Assembly (NCBI GenBank): GCA_964409365.1
Contig: CAYPCX010000002.1
Coordinates: 160,984-224,983 of the forward strand
Direction: 5' to 3'
Source: an uncultured Planctomycetia bacterium
Lineage (GTDB): Bacteria > Omnitrophota > Gorgyraeia > Tantalellales > Tantalellaceae
Length of the DNA: 64,000 nucleotides
Shown here: positions 21,001 through 36,000 of the stretch, in pieces
How the letters are laid out: each line of letters opens with the position of its first letter
How positions within the stretch are numbered: position 1 is the first letter of the stretch
Program-made: the position numbers and the translations under genes
Notes under the pieces: generated by a model
What the model saw: the letters and a program-made list of their open reading frames with translations, nothing else
The model's database searches: none
Told to the model about the DNA's origin: nothing

Positions 21001-24000
21001 ACGTGATCCTGAAAGACGCGAGGGCAGCTTTTGAGGCCCAGGGCGGTGATGCGGAGGACGAGGAGAAAGCACGGCAGGTAGCCCTGGGAAGTTTAGGAGA
21101 ATATTTTGATTATCTTGTCAGGATAGGTTCTGTTTCTCGTGAAGATGCCGCAAACAGGGACCCTAAAGTGGAAACGGCCCGGGGTTTATATGACGATCTG
21201 GAGAAGATCGCAGTGTCCCGGAGGGTAAATAAAATAAAGATCTCGGCGCAGAAAGAACTGGCCACTGTAGAAGAACTGGAAGCCGCCGGTAAAAAGCTTA
21301 AGAATGATGCGATGATCCAGAGGGTCGTAAAGCCGGTCTTGGAACTGAAAGAGGCTGCGAGAAAGGCAGGAAAGAGGATAAGCGAGGACGACGAAGGGTT
21401 GGTGTGGGACTATAAAGCGGCAGAAGCGAGTGTAGTGTCGGGTATTGCGTTCATCGAGCGCCGGGAGAAGATCAGGGCCGCGATAACGTTGGCAGAGGCA
21501 GGAACGTCGACCCTGGATGATCTTAAAGACGCTCATAAAGATCTCACGGGACCGGAGATGGCAGATATGTTCAAAGGTTCCATGACAAGAAAATATGAGG
21601 ACTTGGCAAGAGATTATCAGAAAGCGGTGACCGGCCTGGAAGAAGCTATTGCTAAAGCGGAAGCAGCTGGAGAAGAGGTAACAGCTGATGAAGTGAAGGC
21701 AGCCGGTGAAGCATCGGAGGCAGCGCTTCAGGCGATACAAGAGATACAAAGTGCGGAGACAGCACTTCAGGCGCAAGCGTTACGGACGATAGGGGAAATA
21801 AGAAGTCGTATAGTAAAAGCTGAAGAACTGACTATAGGGGAGCTCGAAGTTCTCAAGGGCAAGCTTGAAACCGATCCAACGATCCAGTCGGCTCTTGAGA
21901 AATACCCGGAGAAAATAAAAGGAGAGTATAGATACGCAGAAATATTTATCGAAAGCAATATTAAATTCGTCGAGATCCAGGAGAAGGTAAGGGCTGCAGC
22001 GGCCTTAATAGATAACAAAGAAGGGAGAACTCTTGAGGCGCTTGGAGCGGCTCAAAGAGAGCTCGCCGGTATCAGCATGCCCCGTGATCCGCGATCCCCG
22101 AAATACATAAAACTGAAAAAAGAATGGGAGAACGCGAAAAATAGGGCACAAGCGTTCCAGGCGATAGGGGAGATACGGAACAAGGTATCAATGGATAAAA
22201 AGCCGACCGCAAGGAAACTTGAAGAAGTCAGGGAGGACCTGGAAGGGCTTATGGAAGAACCTGCGTTCCGGAAAGCTGTCGGGGAATACCCGGATGTAAG
22301 CGAGGAATATAAATTGGCGAAAATAATGATCGGCAACGATATCGACTTCGTCAAGACCGGGGACCAGATAATGGCTGCGATAGAATCGGCAGGATCGGCA
22401 GTGAGCGCAAGTAAAAGTGAGAGCGGAATGTCGGCCTTGGAAACACTTGAAGCCGCTCGACAAAAGCTTGAAGACGTCCCGAAGGTCCACATGCCCGACT
22501 CAAGATACAAGACCCCGAGGTACGCGGAACTGGCGGGATTGTTGAGGGACGCGGAAACCGCGGTGGTGGACGCCATTAAAGAAAAGAAGGAAGCAGAGGT
22601 CGCCTGGGCCAAAGGCGAAATGCGGGATATAAAGGCATGGATAAATGCTGTTGTTGGAAGCGCCGAGAATCCGTCCGCAGTCGATCTTGGAGAGGTTGAA
22701 AAGGTATTTGAAAAATTGGGAGAAAATGATAGGTTTGAGGCAGCCGGGGCAATGAGTGGAGATGTGAAGGCGGAATATAATGGAATACAGGAGGAAATCG
22801 CAAGCCTGAAAGATAAGATCAGAAAACTGAAAGTGGCAGAGGACCTTAGAAAGACGGAGGAGCAGCAAGAGCGGTTTGATCGGGAAGAAGCGGAAGAAAA
22901 GCGTCAGCAAGAGATCCAGGACATGCTTGTTCGGATAGATACAACTGATGATCTGGAAGAGCTTACGGGTATAAGAAGCAGTGGAGAGTATCAGGAAGTC
23001 AGGTCAGATAACGTCCCGGGAAGCACAGACACTGTGGAGGACATATTTGAAAGAAAAAGAAGGAGTGTGGAAGAAGCGGATATCTACTGGGCACTTGGTG
23101 CGATAGATGCAGCCAATGAGATGGCTGAGCTTGTCAAGTTAGGGCTCAGCTCCAGGTTCAGGGCGGTCCAGCGTAAGGAGATTCCTTCCGCGATGAGAGA
23201 ACCTGTTGATGAAACAGTAGCAGAGGGCAGGAAAGAAGCGGAAAAAGGAATGGTGATAAACAGGTATAATCACAGGAAAAATGAGATAGAAGGCATCGTA
23301 AAAAGCACCGAGAAAGGCACCGAGCGCATGGAACAGGAAGAGGCCGAATTTGCGGCAGATGCAGCGAAAAGCGAACAAGACAGAAGAGAAAAAGAGATCG
23401 CCTGGGCCAAGGGTGAAATACAGAATATAACAACGGCGATGGGTGTCGCTATCAATGAAGTTGTTGGCGAGGCCGGGAGGATAACTTTTGATTCTTCGCC
23501 AGCCGCAAGAGACATTATTACCGGGGCTGCGGATGCGCTTAATAACTTAGAAGAGAATAAGAGGTTTAACACGATCCTGGAAAACAACCAGGACGTGATG
23601 AATGGGTATAATGAGGCGTTTGATAAAGTTAGAGCCCGGGCTGCCGAGATAATGGGAATAGAGATCGCGTGGGCCGAAGAGAGAATATCGGATATAAGAT
23701 CTTTGATGAGTAACATTGTTGGCGGAACCAAGAGGTCGGATTTAGGTCTTAACGGAGTTTTGGCCGAGTATGAAAAGTTGGGAAAGAACGAGGATTTCAA
23801 GGCGATCAAAGAAAGAAGCGCGGATATAGCTGCGGAGTACGAGAAAATACGCGGGGGAATCGTGTCCTTGCAGGAAGAAATTAAAAGATTGGAAGAAGCG
23901 AAAAAGCGTCGCCAGCTTGCCCAGGATGAATTGGTAAGCATATCATTGGAACTTGATAGAATACGCGAAAAGGGACAGGTAAGTCTGGCTGATTTTGATC

Positions 24001-27000
24001 CTGTTGTGGCTGCCCTTAATGCGTTCCCGTTAAAGCACGAAGAGATCTTTGATATTAGGAATAAAAGCCGAGAGAACGATGTCATATATAATATGCACCT
24101 GTGCTTATCAAGAATGGTATTAGAAGAGATAGACAGAGTGAAGCAAGAGATCGAGGGGCGTAAGAAAGAGGCGGAAAAAGCAAAGACTGCATTAGAGCAA
24201 ATAAGTGGATCGGTAGCCACGCTCGAAGGTATGACGTATGGGGAGCTCAGGAACGCCCGGCAATCTCTTGTTGATTTTAGGGATAAGTTTCGAGATGTTA
24301 TTGCCGAAGATGACCAGTTAAGAAAAGGTTACGAGGCCATTAAGGAAAAGGTGGACGGTGCTATCGGGAGGATAGAGACGGCCATTTTCGGTGATACCGT
24401 AGAAAATATAGAAGCCGGAGTGAAGGAGCAGACCGGGGTCGATGTAGCTGCGGGGACCAAGCGCTCTCCGATTCAGAAAGGCGATGGTACTGACGAAAAT
24501 ATGGAACTGAAACAGCAGCTTATAGAAAGCCATAATGAAACTTACTGGGAAAAGTGCATAAGCTTGGCTAAAGAGGCAGGAAAAGAATTGGATAAGACAA
24601 TAAACCCGAAGTTTGTCAAAACGGTTTTTTATTCGTTTTATGACGCTTCTACCGGAGATGTGGAAAACCTGAGTCTGGAAGAGGTGACCGATTTGTGTGA
24701 AAAAAGATCGATCGTTACCAGTGATGCTGAGACTACGGCCAAGGATAGGATCAGGAACTTGCAGGTCATAAGCGACCGTAATGTTGAGATCAAAATGGTG
24801 TATGGAGAAGTGTGCGCGGAATGTGAGAGGTCGATCAACGCGTTGATAGGGTTTTTGCAAAGGATCGGAGGCGAAGATGAAAGTGACGTCCTTGGCGTGG
24901 ATTCAAATTTTACGCCGGTCAATGGTTTTCTTATTTCCTCTTCGGACGATAACCTGGTATGCCCCCTTCAGCACTTGGACGGAATATATGAGCGGAACAT
25001 AGCCAGATTGAAGGCTACCCTGGAGAGCCAGCTGGGAAGTAAGGAGCACACGGCCAAAGTGGCGCTTATAGGGCGTTACAATAAGAGGATAAGAGGAAGA
25101 TGCGAAGAGCTCGCGAACGATCTGGGGATAGCACCTGGATACGGCAGTGCGATCGCCGAGGAGTTCTATAGCATAGATCCGTCCTTCCAAGAGCGGGGAG
25201 TAAATGCGGTCATAGCGGAGTGCGAGGCAAAGTCGAACGCCGTAAAGAATGAGGGAGAGGTCCGCAAACGCATAGCGAACAAGAAACTCATCGATGACAG
25301 CAACAGCAGGATAGAGGCGGAATATGGCGGGTATCTGAACGCGTTAAGGGAAGAATGCGGCCAGGCCGCGCATGCCGCATTTGGAACGGTCAATGTTGAG
25401 GATTTTTATGTCGCCGATTCCGCGGAAAACCTGGATCTGCCTGAGCAGGAATTACAAGCCGTGGTTGAAGGTAAACAGAGTGAACTGGCAACTACAGTAG
25501 ATAGGTTTATCCAGAGGAAAAGAGAGATCGATAGAGCGAATGCGACGATCAGGGCGGCGTTCATCATTTGCAATCCAGGGCTTACAGACGCTGAAAAGGA
25601 GAATCTCGAGGCAACCAACCCTCTTAATTTTATTGACGCGAGTAACCCTGAATTTTATCAGGCAAATGTGAATGTAGACGTATTGTGCGGTCTTCATATA
25701 GTAAGCGTTCCGTTAGCCGCTTCGTCTGACCAGGCAACTGAAGCGGCGGATGCCACGAAAGAAATGTTGAAGCAGATTCTCGCGGATGAGTTCGCCAAGA
25801 ATTATAGCGAGAAAACCAAAGAAGAGTGGCCGGATGAAGTGAGTGCCCCAGAAAGTTTTCTTATCACCGCCGATGATGTCGAGGAAAGGGAAAAGGCACT
25901 GGGAGCAGAGATTACGCAAGAGGATCTTGCAATTTTATGGGTAGAAAAGAATACCGTGATCTCGGAATATTTTGCAGGAAGATCAGCCGAGGAAATAAAA
26001 GAGGAATTTGCTCAGTACATCGCCGAGGCGAAGCCGCAACCCGCACAGACAGCACCGGCCCCCGCGCCGGCTCCGACACCGACACCAGTCCCCACGCCGA
26101 CACCGGCGTCCGCGGCAGCGGTAACTTCCGAAAAAGTCATAGCCGAAACGGTTAATGGGTATATTGAGCCCGCCAATGGAATGACTGATGCGGTTTTCCA
26201 TGTGCAGTATAGGAGAAAATATGGTATTGAATTGCCGAAGGGACCGGAAGGAGTTAAGAAAGCACCGCGGTTTCATATTACGAAAGAAGACAAAGAGATT
26301 CAGGAATTTATAGATGAACTTAAAGCGAGACCGGAATTGATGCTGGAACAATTAAAGAATGAGGCACTATCCTTTGTAACCGGTCTTCATGGAGCGCGTA
26401 GCGGCCAAATCGAGTCTTATTTCAACCTTATAGAAGGTGTTAATACGGACCTTGTCGAGATCTGGGGAAAATGTGTAGAACAGGCCGGAGAGATCCCGGA
26501 GATGCTCCTTGTTACAGAAGATGATGCCCTGGCATGGGCGACAACGCCGGAGTTTGCTAAGACCGATGTGCATGAAATTATCGCCGAAAAAGTGAACGAA
26601 ATAGAGATGTGGGCGCCTTGGCTTAATCCGGTCAGATTGGTGAGCACGCCGGAGAGATTAGGGGATATCCAGCCGTCGGATGACGCGGGCGGCGAAGGCT
26701 ATGGCGAAAGGGCATATCCGAACCAGAATGCCAGGATTATAGATGAACATAATGTGGCGGTCAGGGCACTGCATGATGAGTATCTGGAACAGGTGGGGTC
26801 TGAAGGAGACAGTCTTAACGGGCTTTGGGAAACTTTCCCGGAGGGTGGAATAACGGATGAGGAAAAAAGAAGGGTTATCAATGTCGCTTTCGGGACATAT
26901 TTATACATGCAGCCTACGGAGGACCTCTTGGGAGAGATGGATGAAGAGGCTCTGGAAAACTTAAGGCAGGACTGCGAGCAAAGAATGAAGGATGCCGCTA

Positions 27001-30000
27001 ATCCGGGCGCGGTCTTTGGGATCGTCCAGGAAGTGGTCGCCAAGCTCGAACTTATCGATAATTATAGAAGGCAAGTCAAGGGGATGATAGATGACTTGAA
27101 TCAGTCTTTGAAAGGGCTCTCTCCGGAAGAGAGGGAGGCGAAGAAGGAACAGGCCGCGGAACTTCTTACCTTGGATGTGGATAAACATTCCCAGGGGAAC
27201 ATGGAAGAACATATAGATGCGATAGTGGAAAGGGTGAACGCCAGGCGTGACGCGATCAACGAAGCGGTCGCTGAAATAAAGGGAACGGAGAAGGTCGAAA
27301 TGGCACCGCTGGTGGCTCCGCCGCTTAGGGCGCCGCCCGTTGCGGAAGAGCCGGCCCCTGCCCCCGCAGAAGAGCCGACCCCTGCCCCCGCGGCAGAACC
27401 GACTTCTGCTCCAACGCCACACGCACCAGCTGAACCTTCAGCACCGACACCGCCACCGGTGCAACCGCCCGCGCCTCCGACAACACCGCCTGCGGCGTCA
27501 ACACCGCCCGCACCGGGAGCCGACGGGCTTAACCAGACCGAACGCGACCTGCTTAACGCGGCAAATACAGTAACGGACGGGAAGATAACTTCCTACAGAA
27601 AAGGCCAGGTCGATGCCATGCGCCTCCTTAAACAGGGTACGTTCGTGGAATTAAGAACAGGAGGCGGTAAGACGCTTACCCTTGGTGGGGCCGCGCTTTC
27701 GCGGTTCAAGGAAACAGGGGAATCGGTCTTTATTATGACCCATGAAGACGACCTGACCAGACAGGCCATGGAAAAGGACCAGATGGGAGAGATCCTAAGC
27801 AAGTGCGGGGCCAAAACAGGGTTTATAGTCAAAGATGCAAGAGGTAATGAACGAGGGTATATCTACGAGAACGGTACAGGAAGATTCGCGAAAGAGGTGG
27901 AAGAGGTTTACGAAAACTGCGATATCATATACGCGAAATGGGATATAGTCGTCCACCGTCATCTGCGCGAGAAGATAGGCGGCGATGACGTCAGAAAGGT
28001 GCTGAGCGGCAAAAAGCGTTTTAACCTGTTCGACGAGGCGGACCTCATGCTGGTCTTCGGCTCCGCGACGCCGGCCGTTATCCAGGGCGATGAGCTGGAA
28101 GGAACGGACAAGCGCCTTCGCGTGCGCGAGATAATAGACAGGGTGGCCGCCGAGATGGTGGAGAAAAAGGAAGGTTATCACGAGCGGGAAGAGAGCGAAG
28201 AAATATTCTTAGACTACGACGGCAAGACCAAAAGCAAGATAGACGATGCTTTCAGCGGGTACAGGAACGATCAGGTGATAATGAACATGGTGGAGACGGA
28301 ATGGGACTTTTTCCTGATCGACGCGATCAAAGCCCACCGTTTTTATAAAGAAGGAGAGCGTTACAAGATCGGCGAGCCGGACGAATCCGGGAACAGGGAA
28401 GTGATCGTCATTGATGAGCAGACCCAGGCTCCCAAACCGGGAATGACGTTCGGTGAAGGCCTGCACCAGGCGGTAGCCATAAAGGCCGCGGCGGAACACA
28501 AAAACCTCAGCATTAATATCCCCGCTGAGACGTATACCGGCATGTCGGAGACCATAGTGCAGTTCCTGAACAGCGACGTCGTCAGCGATTTTGCCGGAGC
28601 CAGCGGTACGATGGAGATCCCCAGGCTGGAAAGCATATATCCCGGCAAGAAAGTCGAACAGGTCAAAGGTATAGACGAAAAGCTGAAAAATGAAGGATAT
28701 AAAGGTTTTGAGACCAAGGCCGAAAAATGGCAGGGTATCCTGGAAAGCCTGAACAGGCGGATCGCCGGGAATCACCCGGTCCTGATCAAGGTCGAATCGG
28801 ACGTCGAGACCGAAAAATTAAGGTACTTTATCTGGACGGGCGTTCTCGGCATGACATATGACCTTGATCCGGAGCTGAGGGAAAGACTGGAGAAGGATAA
28901 AGACCTGCAGGACATGATACGGGAGGCAAGAAAGAACAGGCAGCTTGTAGACCAGCTGAGAGAGAAGTTCATAGAAAAAAGCGTTATTATCAACACGGCT
29001 GACGCGAGGCATCCCGGGGAATTCGCCAGGGCGATCGATCAGGCGGGGTACGCGAACGTTATCACTATAGCCACGAACATGGCTCATAGAGGAATAGACA
29101 TAGAGATAAAAGGCAAGTATCTTAACGCGGACGGGACCGAGGGTGTTGAAGTACCCCCCGTGGAAGAATTGTCGCCGGGGCTGCACGTCATATCGGCTTA
29201 TCTCGACGAATCGGAGGCCTTCGAGATCCAGACGATGGGACGCGCCGACAGGGGCGCGCACCAGGGGTCATGGGAAGGCCTGTTCTCGCTCCCGGAAACA
29301 AAAGGCCGTTTTGGCGCCGAGAGGACCGAAAGGATATTTATCGCGCACGAGACGCTTTTAGAGCAGCAGATCAGCGGGTTAAGGGCTGCCGTGAAGAACG
29401 ACGACAAAGACGCGATAAAAGGACTCATAGGCGAGATCAGAGATCGTATCGTGAGCGAACAGAACGAGAATGACAGGAAAAGGCGAAAGCATGAAGACCG
29501 CGTTTTCGGTTACCAGGAAGAACTTTTGCATTATGGCGAAGTAATAGCCGAAAACACAGAGTCTTTCAGGATCTTTCTTGTCGATATAAACGCGGTAGAC
29601 GCGGCTACAGCTGTTGAGATGCGGGATGAAGATGTGGAGGAATTAAGAAAGATATTCCTGGAACTGATCAGGAAGGAGCTGCAGAAGTTCCAGACCGAGC
29701 AGCAGATCAGCAGGAACCGCCTGGACAGGCTGGCTGCCGAGGCGGCGATCGGCTGGAAAGGGGCCTTCGGCCAATACCAGAGCGAATCGGACAAGATCAT
29801 CAGCGCGGGGCAGAACCTTGACGACAGGCTGAATAACGTTATAGAGGATTTGAGTATAGCAATAGCTAATAGCATGAAACGCCCCCTTTCCGAGGTCAGG
29901 GAAACGGAAAGGAGGCCGCTTATCTCGGATAAAGGGCTTCAGCAGGTAAAGGCTATCTTCCTGATAGTCGGGTTGTGCGCGTTCCTCGCGTTTGTCGGGG

Positions 30001-33000
30001 TAGGGCCCGTAAGAGGGATGCTGTTACCCGCCCTGAACGCTTTCGTGAGGGCCCACCCGGCACTTGCGGGCGTGATCGCGGTCACTCTTTTCATACCGAC
30101 GGTCCACCTCAGGCAGATCTACGCCAAGAAGATAGGGGCCGTTGATGAGACCACCGAGAGGCTAATGCCTTTTACGGCCGGTTACGGCGAAGGCGATCTC
30201 AGGAAGTCTTTTCAGGGCTGGGCGATCGTGAACCTTTTGCGTATCCTGGCGGGGCCGAGCCTTTATGCGGGGGCGGGCATGGTGATAGTTTCGATAACCC
30301 ATCCTATCCTGACCACGGCGTCACTGGCGGTCCCCGTGATGCCGATGGCCGTCGCGCTTATTTCCATTGGCCTGGCCATCGCGGCCAATATCGCGCTGAT
30401 ACAGATGTTCAAACCCGAATTTGAGAAGAGGGCAAAACATGTAACTGCGGATTCCGACCAGCTGCAGAGCGGTTTCAACGCTTTTGTCAGGACGTTGGTC
30501 ATAGGATTGGGGATACTGTTCGCCATCCAGATCGGGGACGGCATGGTAGTAAAGACGCTCCTGTCGGTAGCGGCGGTAGCTCTTTCCGCTTACGTTGCCA
30601 GGACCATAAGGATGAAGGCGGACGAAGGTTATTACAAATCGGCCGGGCATATACATACCGGTGTTATCCTCGGGCTGGGCGCCACGATAGCCGTGCTCGT
30701 AGCCGCGTCGCTTCTGGGAGGAGCCGCCATAGCCGGGTACGCCCACCCGATAATGAAAGGTGTCGTGGCGGTCCTAGCAATAGGCACGATCATATCCCAG
30801 TTCGTCCTCGCGGGCAAGCTGGCCAAAGAAGCGAGAAGGCCTCTTATCAAGGAAGGAAAGGCCGAAAAAGCCAGGTGGCGCGGCCGGGCCGCTTTTATCA
30901 GGTCGTTTGTCCCGAATGCCCGCACCGTGTTCATGTATGGCGCTATTATATGGAGTTTTTACCAGTGCGGGGGGATCGTTCCGATGCTGCTGTACGTGGG
31001 TATCCCGGCCGCTATCGTCACTTACCTGGTCCATAGGTACAGCGTAAAGATCGAGAGAAGGTTCGGGAAACGGGTCTCGAGGATAGTTACCAGTATCGGG
31101 AATAAGATGGTCATGGCATCCGCCGTGGTCACGCCCATTGTCCTTTACCCGGCTGCCGCTTACGGGGCGGAAGAACTGAAGAAGAAGCTTGCCGTAAGGC
31201 AGGAAGACAAGGTCGAGGCCCTGCTCAGGCAGCAGGAATATTCACCGGAACAGCTCGCCGGTTTAAAACGTTTGCGCAAGAATATAGGCAGGGTCTTTGA
31301 TAAGGTTAAATCCGGCAGCTGGCAGAGGGCGGTCGAAAAAGACAAGGCAAGGGAGATCGCCGCGAAAGTGACCGCGGTCGAAAAACTTATCGAAGAAGCC
31401 AAAAGTGAGCGAGAGATCAGGAAGATAAAGATGCCCAAGGACATCCCCGCCGAATTCCGTGCCCATCTGAGAGAAGTGAAACTCGAGAAGCTCAAGAAAC
31501 TGAAGACCAGCCTGGTCCTCGCCGAGCAGATGGCCGCGAAAGCCCTGGCGGAACTTGATCCTATAGAGGTGCCCGGTTCGTATCCCGTAAAGTGGAAACA
31601 GCGCATCGAGGATATATGGAACGGCAAGGATCCCGAAGTGGGCATACACGACGTGACCCTGTTGATGGCGACAGGCGTTTTGGATATCATGGCCAGGGCC
31701 AAGACCCCGGAAGAGATTGACGCCGTAGGACTTCCGGCCTTTTTCTCCCCAGAGGTGGAAAAGTTCGTGGAAGAAGTCAAAGCCGATAAGCAGAATTACA
31801 GAAAGATAGTGGACATGCTTCTCGCTGCGAGAGCCAACCGCGCCAACGATATATTTGGGACGGTAAAAGTGCCTGTAGGTATCCCGGTCGACTGGGCACG
31901 GCGCGTCAACGGCGTAAGACTGGACCAAAAGGAGTTAGGAAAGACCCTGAACAGGATACTGTCCGCGGAGACCGAAAAAGACCTTGACCGGATACACGTT
32001 CAGCCGGGGGAATTACCCATGGCCTGGACCGATTCCCTGTATGAAATGAAGCCCGAACAGCTGGCATTAAGAAAGATCATGCAGCGCATAAAGAGCGCCA
32101 AGACACTGGAAGAGCTCGAAAAGGTGGATGTGGCCGGCGGGATCCCCCCGAAATGGAGAACGCGCGTGGAAAAGATGAAAGCGGACCTTATAAAGGTCAG
32201 GAAAGCCCTCACGTTCGTTATCGAGGCCGAGACCCTGGAAGAGCTCCAGCGCATGAAGATACCGGAAGACCTTCCTGAAGAATGGAAGGAGGACATCAAA
32301 AAGATAAGGGATGACCAGATCGAGCTAAGGAAGGTCCTTGCCCGGATCAGGGACGTGGAGAAATATGAGGATTTCGAAGCGCTCGAAGCCGTAGAGGTCC
32401 CGATCAGCCTTCCTGATGAACTGAAGGAACGCGTTGAAAAAGTCCGAGATGATCAAAAGAAACTGCTCGAGGCGGAATTCGCCCTGGGCAGGCTCAGGGC
32501 CGCGGAAACACCGGAAGACCTTGCGCAAATACGGGAAGACCTTGAGATGCAGGAAGTGCTGAAAGATTTCCCCATTCATATCGAGAAGGGAGAGCACCTG
32601 GCCTACGAGATCAAATCTTTGCTCGCGTCGAAGAAGAAGAGGCTGGAAAACGCGACTTCCAGGAAGAAAGCGGTGATAGATAAACTGGTAGAAGGGTTAT
32701 ACAAAGAAACGGTCGCTTTCGGGAAAAACATTGATGCGAGTTTCAAGGAGACCGTGGAAACGTTGGAAGAAAACCAAAGGTCCGCAGTGAGACGGTTGGC
32801 CCATATAGATCTGGCCAAAGGATATGGCGGGAAGTTAGCGGAGGTCATGAAAACTATAGCGGCCGCAGAAGATCAGGATAAACTCGACAGGATAAAGATC
32901 CCCGCGGGTATCGCTGCCGAAGATAAATATGAACTCGAGCAATCCAGAAAAGAGCAGATGGAATTAATTAAGATCCGTGCCAGGGTAAAAGGCGTCGCGA

Positions 33001-36000
33001 CGTCGGTGGACTTTGTTCAGGAGAGACTTGAAAAGCTCGAAAAAACGGTGCCCGAAGAGCTTGAGAACGCGGCAGCAGGCGTTGCGCGCGAGATACACGC
33101 CAGGGTCCTGGAGGTCCTGCAGGAGGCCAGAGATGCCGTCAGCAAGAAGGACTTTGACGGGGCCACGGAAAAGATGCAGCATGCCAAGTATCTGACCAAC
33201 GTACTGGTGGTCTTTATGGAATCCGGTTTACGTATTGAAGGACTGGACACCAAAAGCCTGCTCGGAGAGCTGGAAGCCGTTAACAAAGGCAGACGAGCGG
33301 CGTTCGAAGGTAAAGAGGCGAAGGAGGATATCAAACTGCTGAATAAAGAGACCGAGAGGGAAAGAAAGGCCATTGACGAAAGCAAAAAGAGACTGGACGC
33401 CGCCAAGTACGAGTTCAGGGCGAAAGAGATAAGACTCGAGAGCGAAAGACGGAGCATCAGGGAGCGTCTGGAGAAGGCCGGGCTCGGGAAGATCGAGAGT
33501 CCGACGGGAGCGGGGTATGAGATAGGCGGCATGTTCGGCATGGTGCTTACGGCCGGTCCCGGAGATTCGGGCAAGATCGAGGAAATTGAGCACTACAGGG
33601 CCGCCGGCGCCCTCATGGGGGAAGAACTCGACAAGCTGATAAAGGAGAAGAAGGTAAAGTTCTATTATAAAAAGGATGGCAAAAAAGAATATGTAACACC
33701 CGACAAGGCGATCGCGTTCTCTATGGCCACCCACGCGGAATATATGAAAAAGACCTATAAGGTGCACCGCGGGTCGCCGAGCGAGCCGCTCTGCGTCCTG
33801 AAGAGGCAGCTTGGCGGAAAACCCGGCAGGGCAATGATCGTGATGGATAAGAGAACGCTGCTTGAGCTTTACAAGAGGGATTTCAGATTTTTCGATAAAG
33901 AAGGCAAAAGGATATACATGCGGCAGATGTGGCGCCGCATCCAGGGCGATTTCATAGTGACGGAGGACGAGAAAGTCCCGGTCAGGCCGACCAGAGAATA
34001 TTACGGTGAGAAGTTCGAGGACAGGAAGACCAGGAAAAAGATCACGGAACATTCCACTTTCATATGCCCCGAGGAAGGCGGAACCTTCAAGGTCGCGGTA
34101 GCTCAGAAGCTGGATTGGTTCGAGGACTACAATGGCCTGAAACGGGAACATGTGGTGTTTGACGGCCGGAACAGTCCCGCTTTTTCCTTTCCCCTGGATG
34201 ATACCGTCACTTATTACGATGGCGAAGATTATGAGATCGGCACGGGCGACGTGTTCGACCTGGAGATGTACGCCAGTGTTTACAAGAAAGGCGATGTCCA
34301 GTATGACCTGGTTGACGCTTACATGGTCGAGTTAAGGTACAAGATGGAAGGCGGCAAGAAGAAGTTCGACCGCATTCGCGTGTTCCGCAGTGAAGAAGAA
34401 GCGAAGAAAAGAAGGGCCGAGTTCGGTAACGATTTCCGCGACGCGAAAACGAAAGAGACGGCTTACCCGCAGGAGAAAAAGATCCCGGGTCTGAAGAGAA
34501 AGCCGGTCTTCGACCTGAAGGCGAGAGGTGTCTCCGGGATAATGAGGGACGAGTTCATCTGGGGAGCCAGGAAGTTCGAAGATTTCCATTACGGCTTATC
34601 GCTGGGCGGGGAAGGTCCGATAGCATACGGCGAAAAGGGGTGGTTCGGCGAAGAGAAGAAGGTGTTCAAAGTCGCGGAACAGCAGGAATATCACAAAGCG
34701 GGATGGAGTTTTTACAATAAAGAAGATGAAATAATAGATCATAATGATCCGGAACTCTTCGCCGAAGCCGTCAAGGCGCGCGATGCCCACGGCAGGGAAT
34801 GGAAGCTGAAGCCTACCATTTTTATAGCCGCCACGGAAAAAGACGAGAACGGCAACAGAGAGTACAGGGTTGCCGGCACCCTCGAGGAATTCGTACAGAC
34901 GTTCGGCAAGTCGTTCTTCTCAGATTCAAAATTCACGGATAAACACGGGAAGGAAGTCTCTATAGCTCCGTTGCAGGAAGCGTATCTGAACTCTTTCGAA
35001 GGCGCGAAGATGAAGGAACTACAGATGACGCTGAACCTGTTCTACACGGGTCAGGAGATATCCAGGGTCAGGGGTGTCGTTGACGGGCAGGAGAGGGAGT
35101 ACGAGGTCTATCACGGGGAGGAAGCGAGGGAAAAAAGACAAGAACTAGTGAAAAAATATCCGGAGTACTATAAACCTTTAAAGGACGGAAAAGTGCCCAA
35201 GATGCTGTGGGTATGGAAAGGCAAAGGGGAAGACGGGCAGGGGCTGATGGCCGCGATCACGATCTGTGACATCGAAGACGTGCTGGGGTACTTGAAGAAT
35301 AAAAGGCTCAATCTTGTGCCGCTGTATGAATACACGGGATTCGATGAAGAAGGCAAAAAGGTGAAGAAGTATGCCGAGATATTCACCGAGGAACAACTGA
35401 AAGATATCCGGAAAAAGGACAGCTGGAAGAAGTTCGAAAAGATCAACGCCATGATCGAGGTCGCGAGAGCGAGATACAAGGTACGGGAAAAACAGAGGAT
35501 CTTGAATGCGCGAACGGAAGGTCTTACCCTGGAGGACGCGGTCGTTTTGGGCGCCATATACGGCCCGGACGCGCGGAAAGACCTTTTGAGCTACTGGCAG
35601 AGCGTTGCCGGTATAACACTGGAGGGATCCGGTGTGTTCAACATCATAGCGAAACTGAGTTTTACCATACCGCAGTTCGAGAACGCCGCGGGGGTCGACA
35701 TTTTCTTCAGGATAGATCCCGGCAGGGACGCCAGGATAGCCAATGCCAGGGAGATGGCCAACGCGCACAGGCACAGGTTCCAGAGAAAGCAGCAGATCAG
35801 GGCGCTTGATGTCGTTGATCTCTTCATGGAGATGCAGATCAACCGGGCACGTAAGGAATATGACGAAAAATCCATGAAGATATTCAGGGCCCAGCTCAGG
35901 CGTTGGGGACTGACGGACGAGCACCTCAGAAGGATCGAAGAAGGAAAGAACTGGAATGACGCTACTAATTTAGTGAAGAGCATTATAGGAAACAAGGGGA

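Noticed and set aside
27526-29560. Calling this the housekeeping secA gene
   Set aside because: It is an internal, diverged domain of a 13,000-aa ORF and lacks a recognisable SecA C-terminal region, so no gene symbol was assigned.
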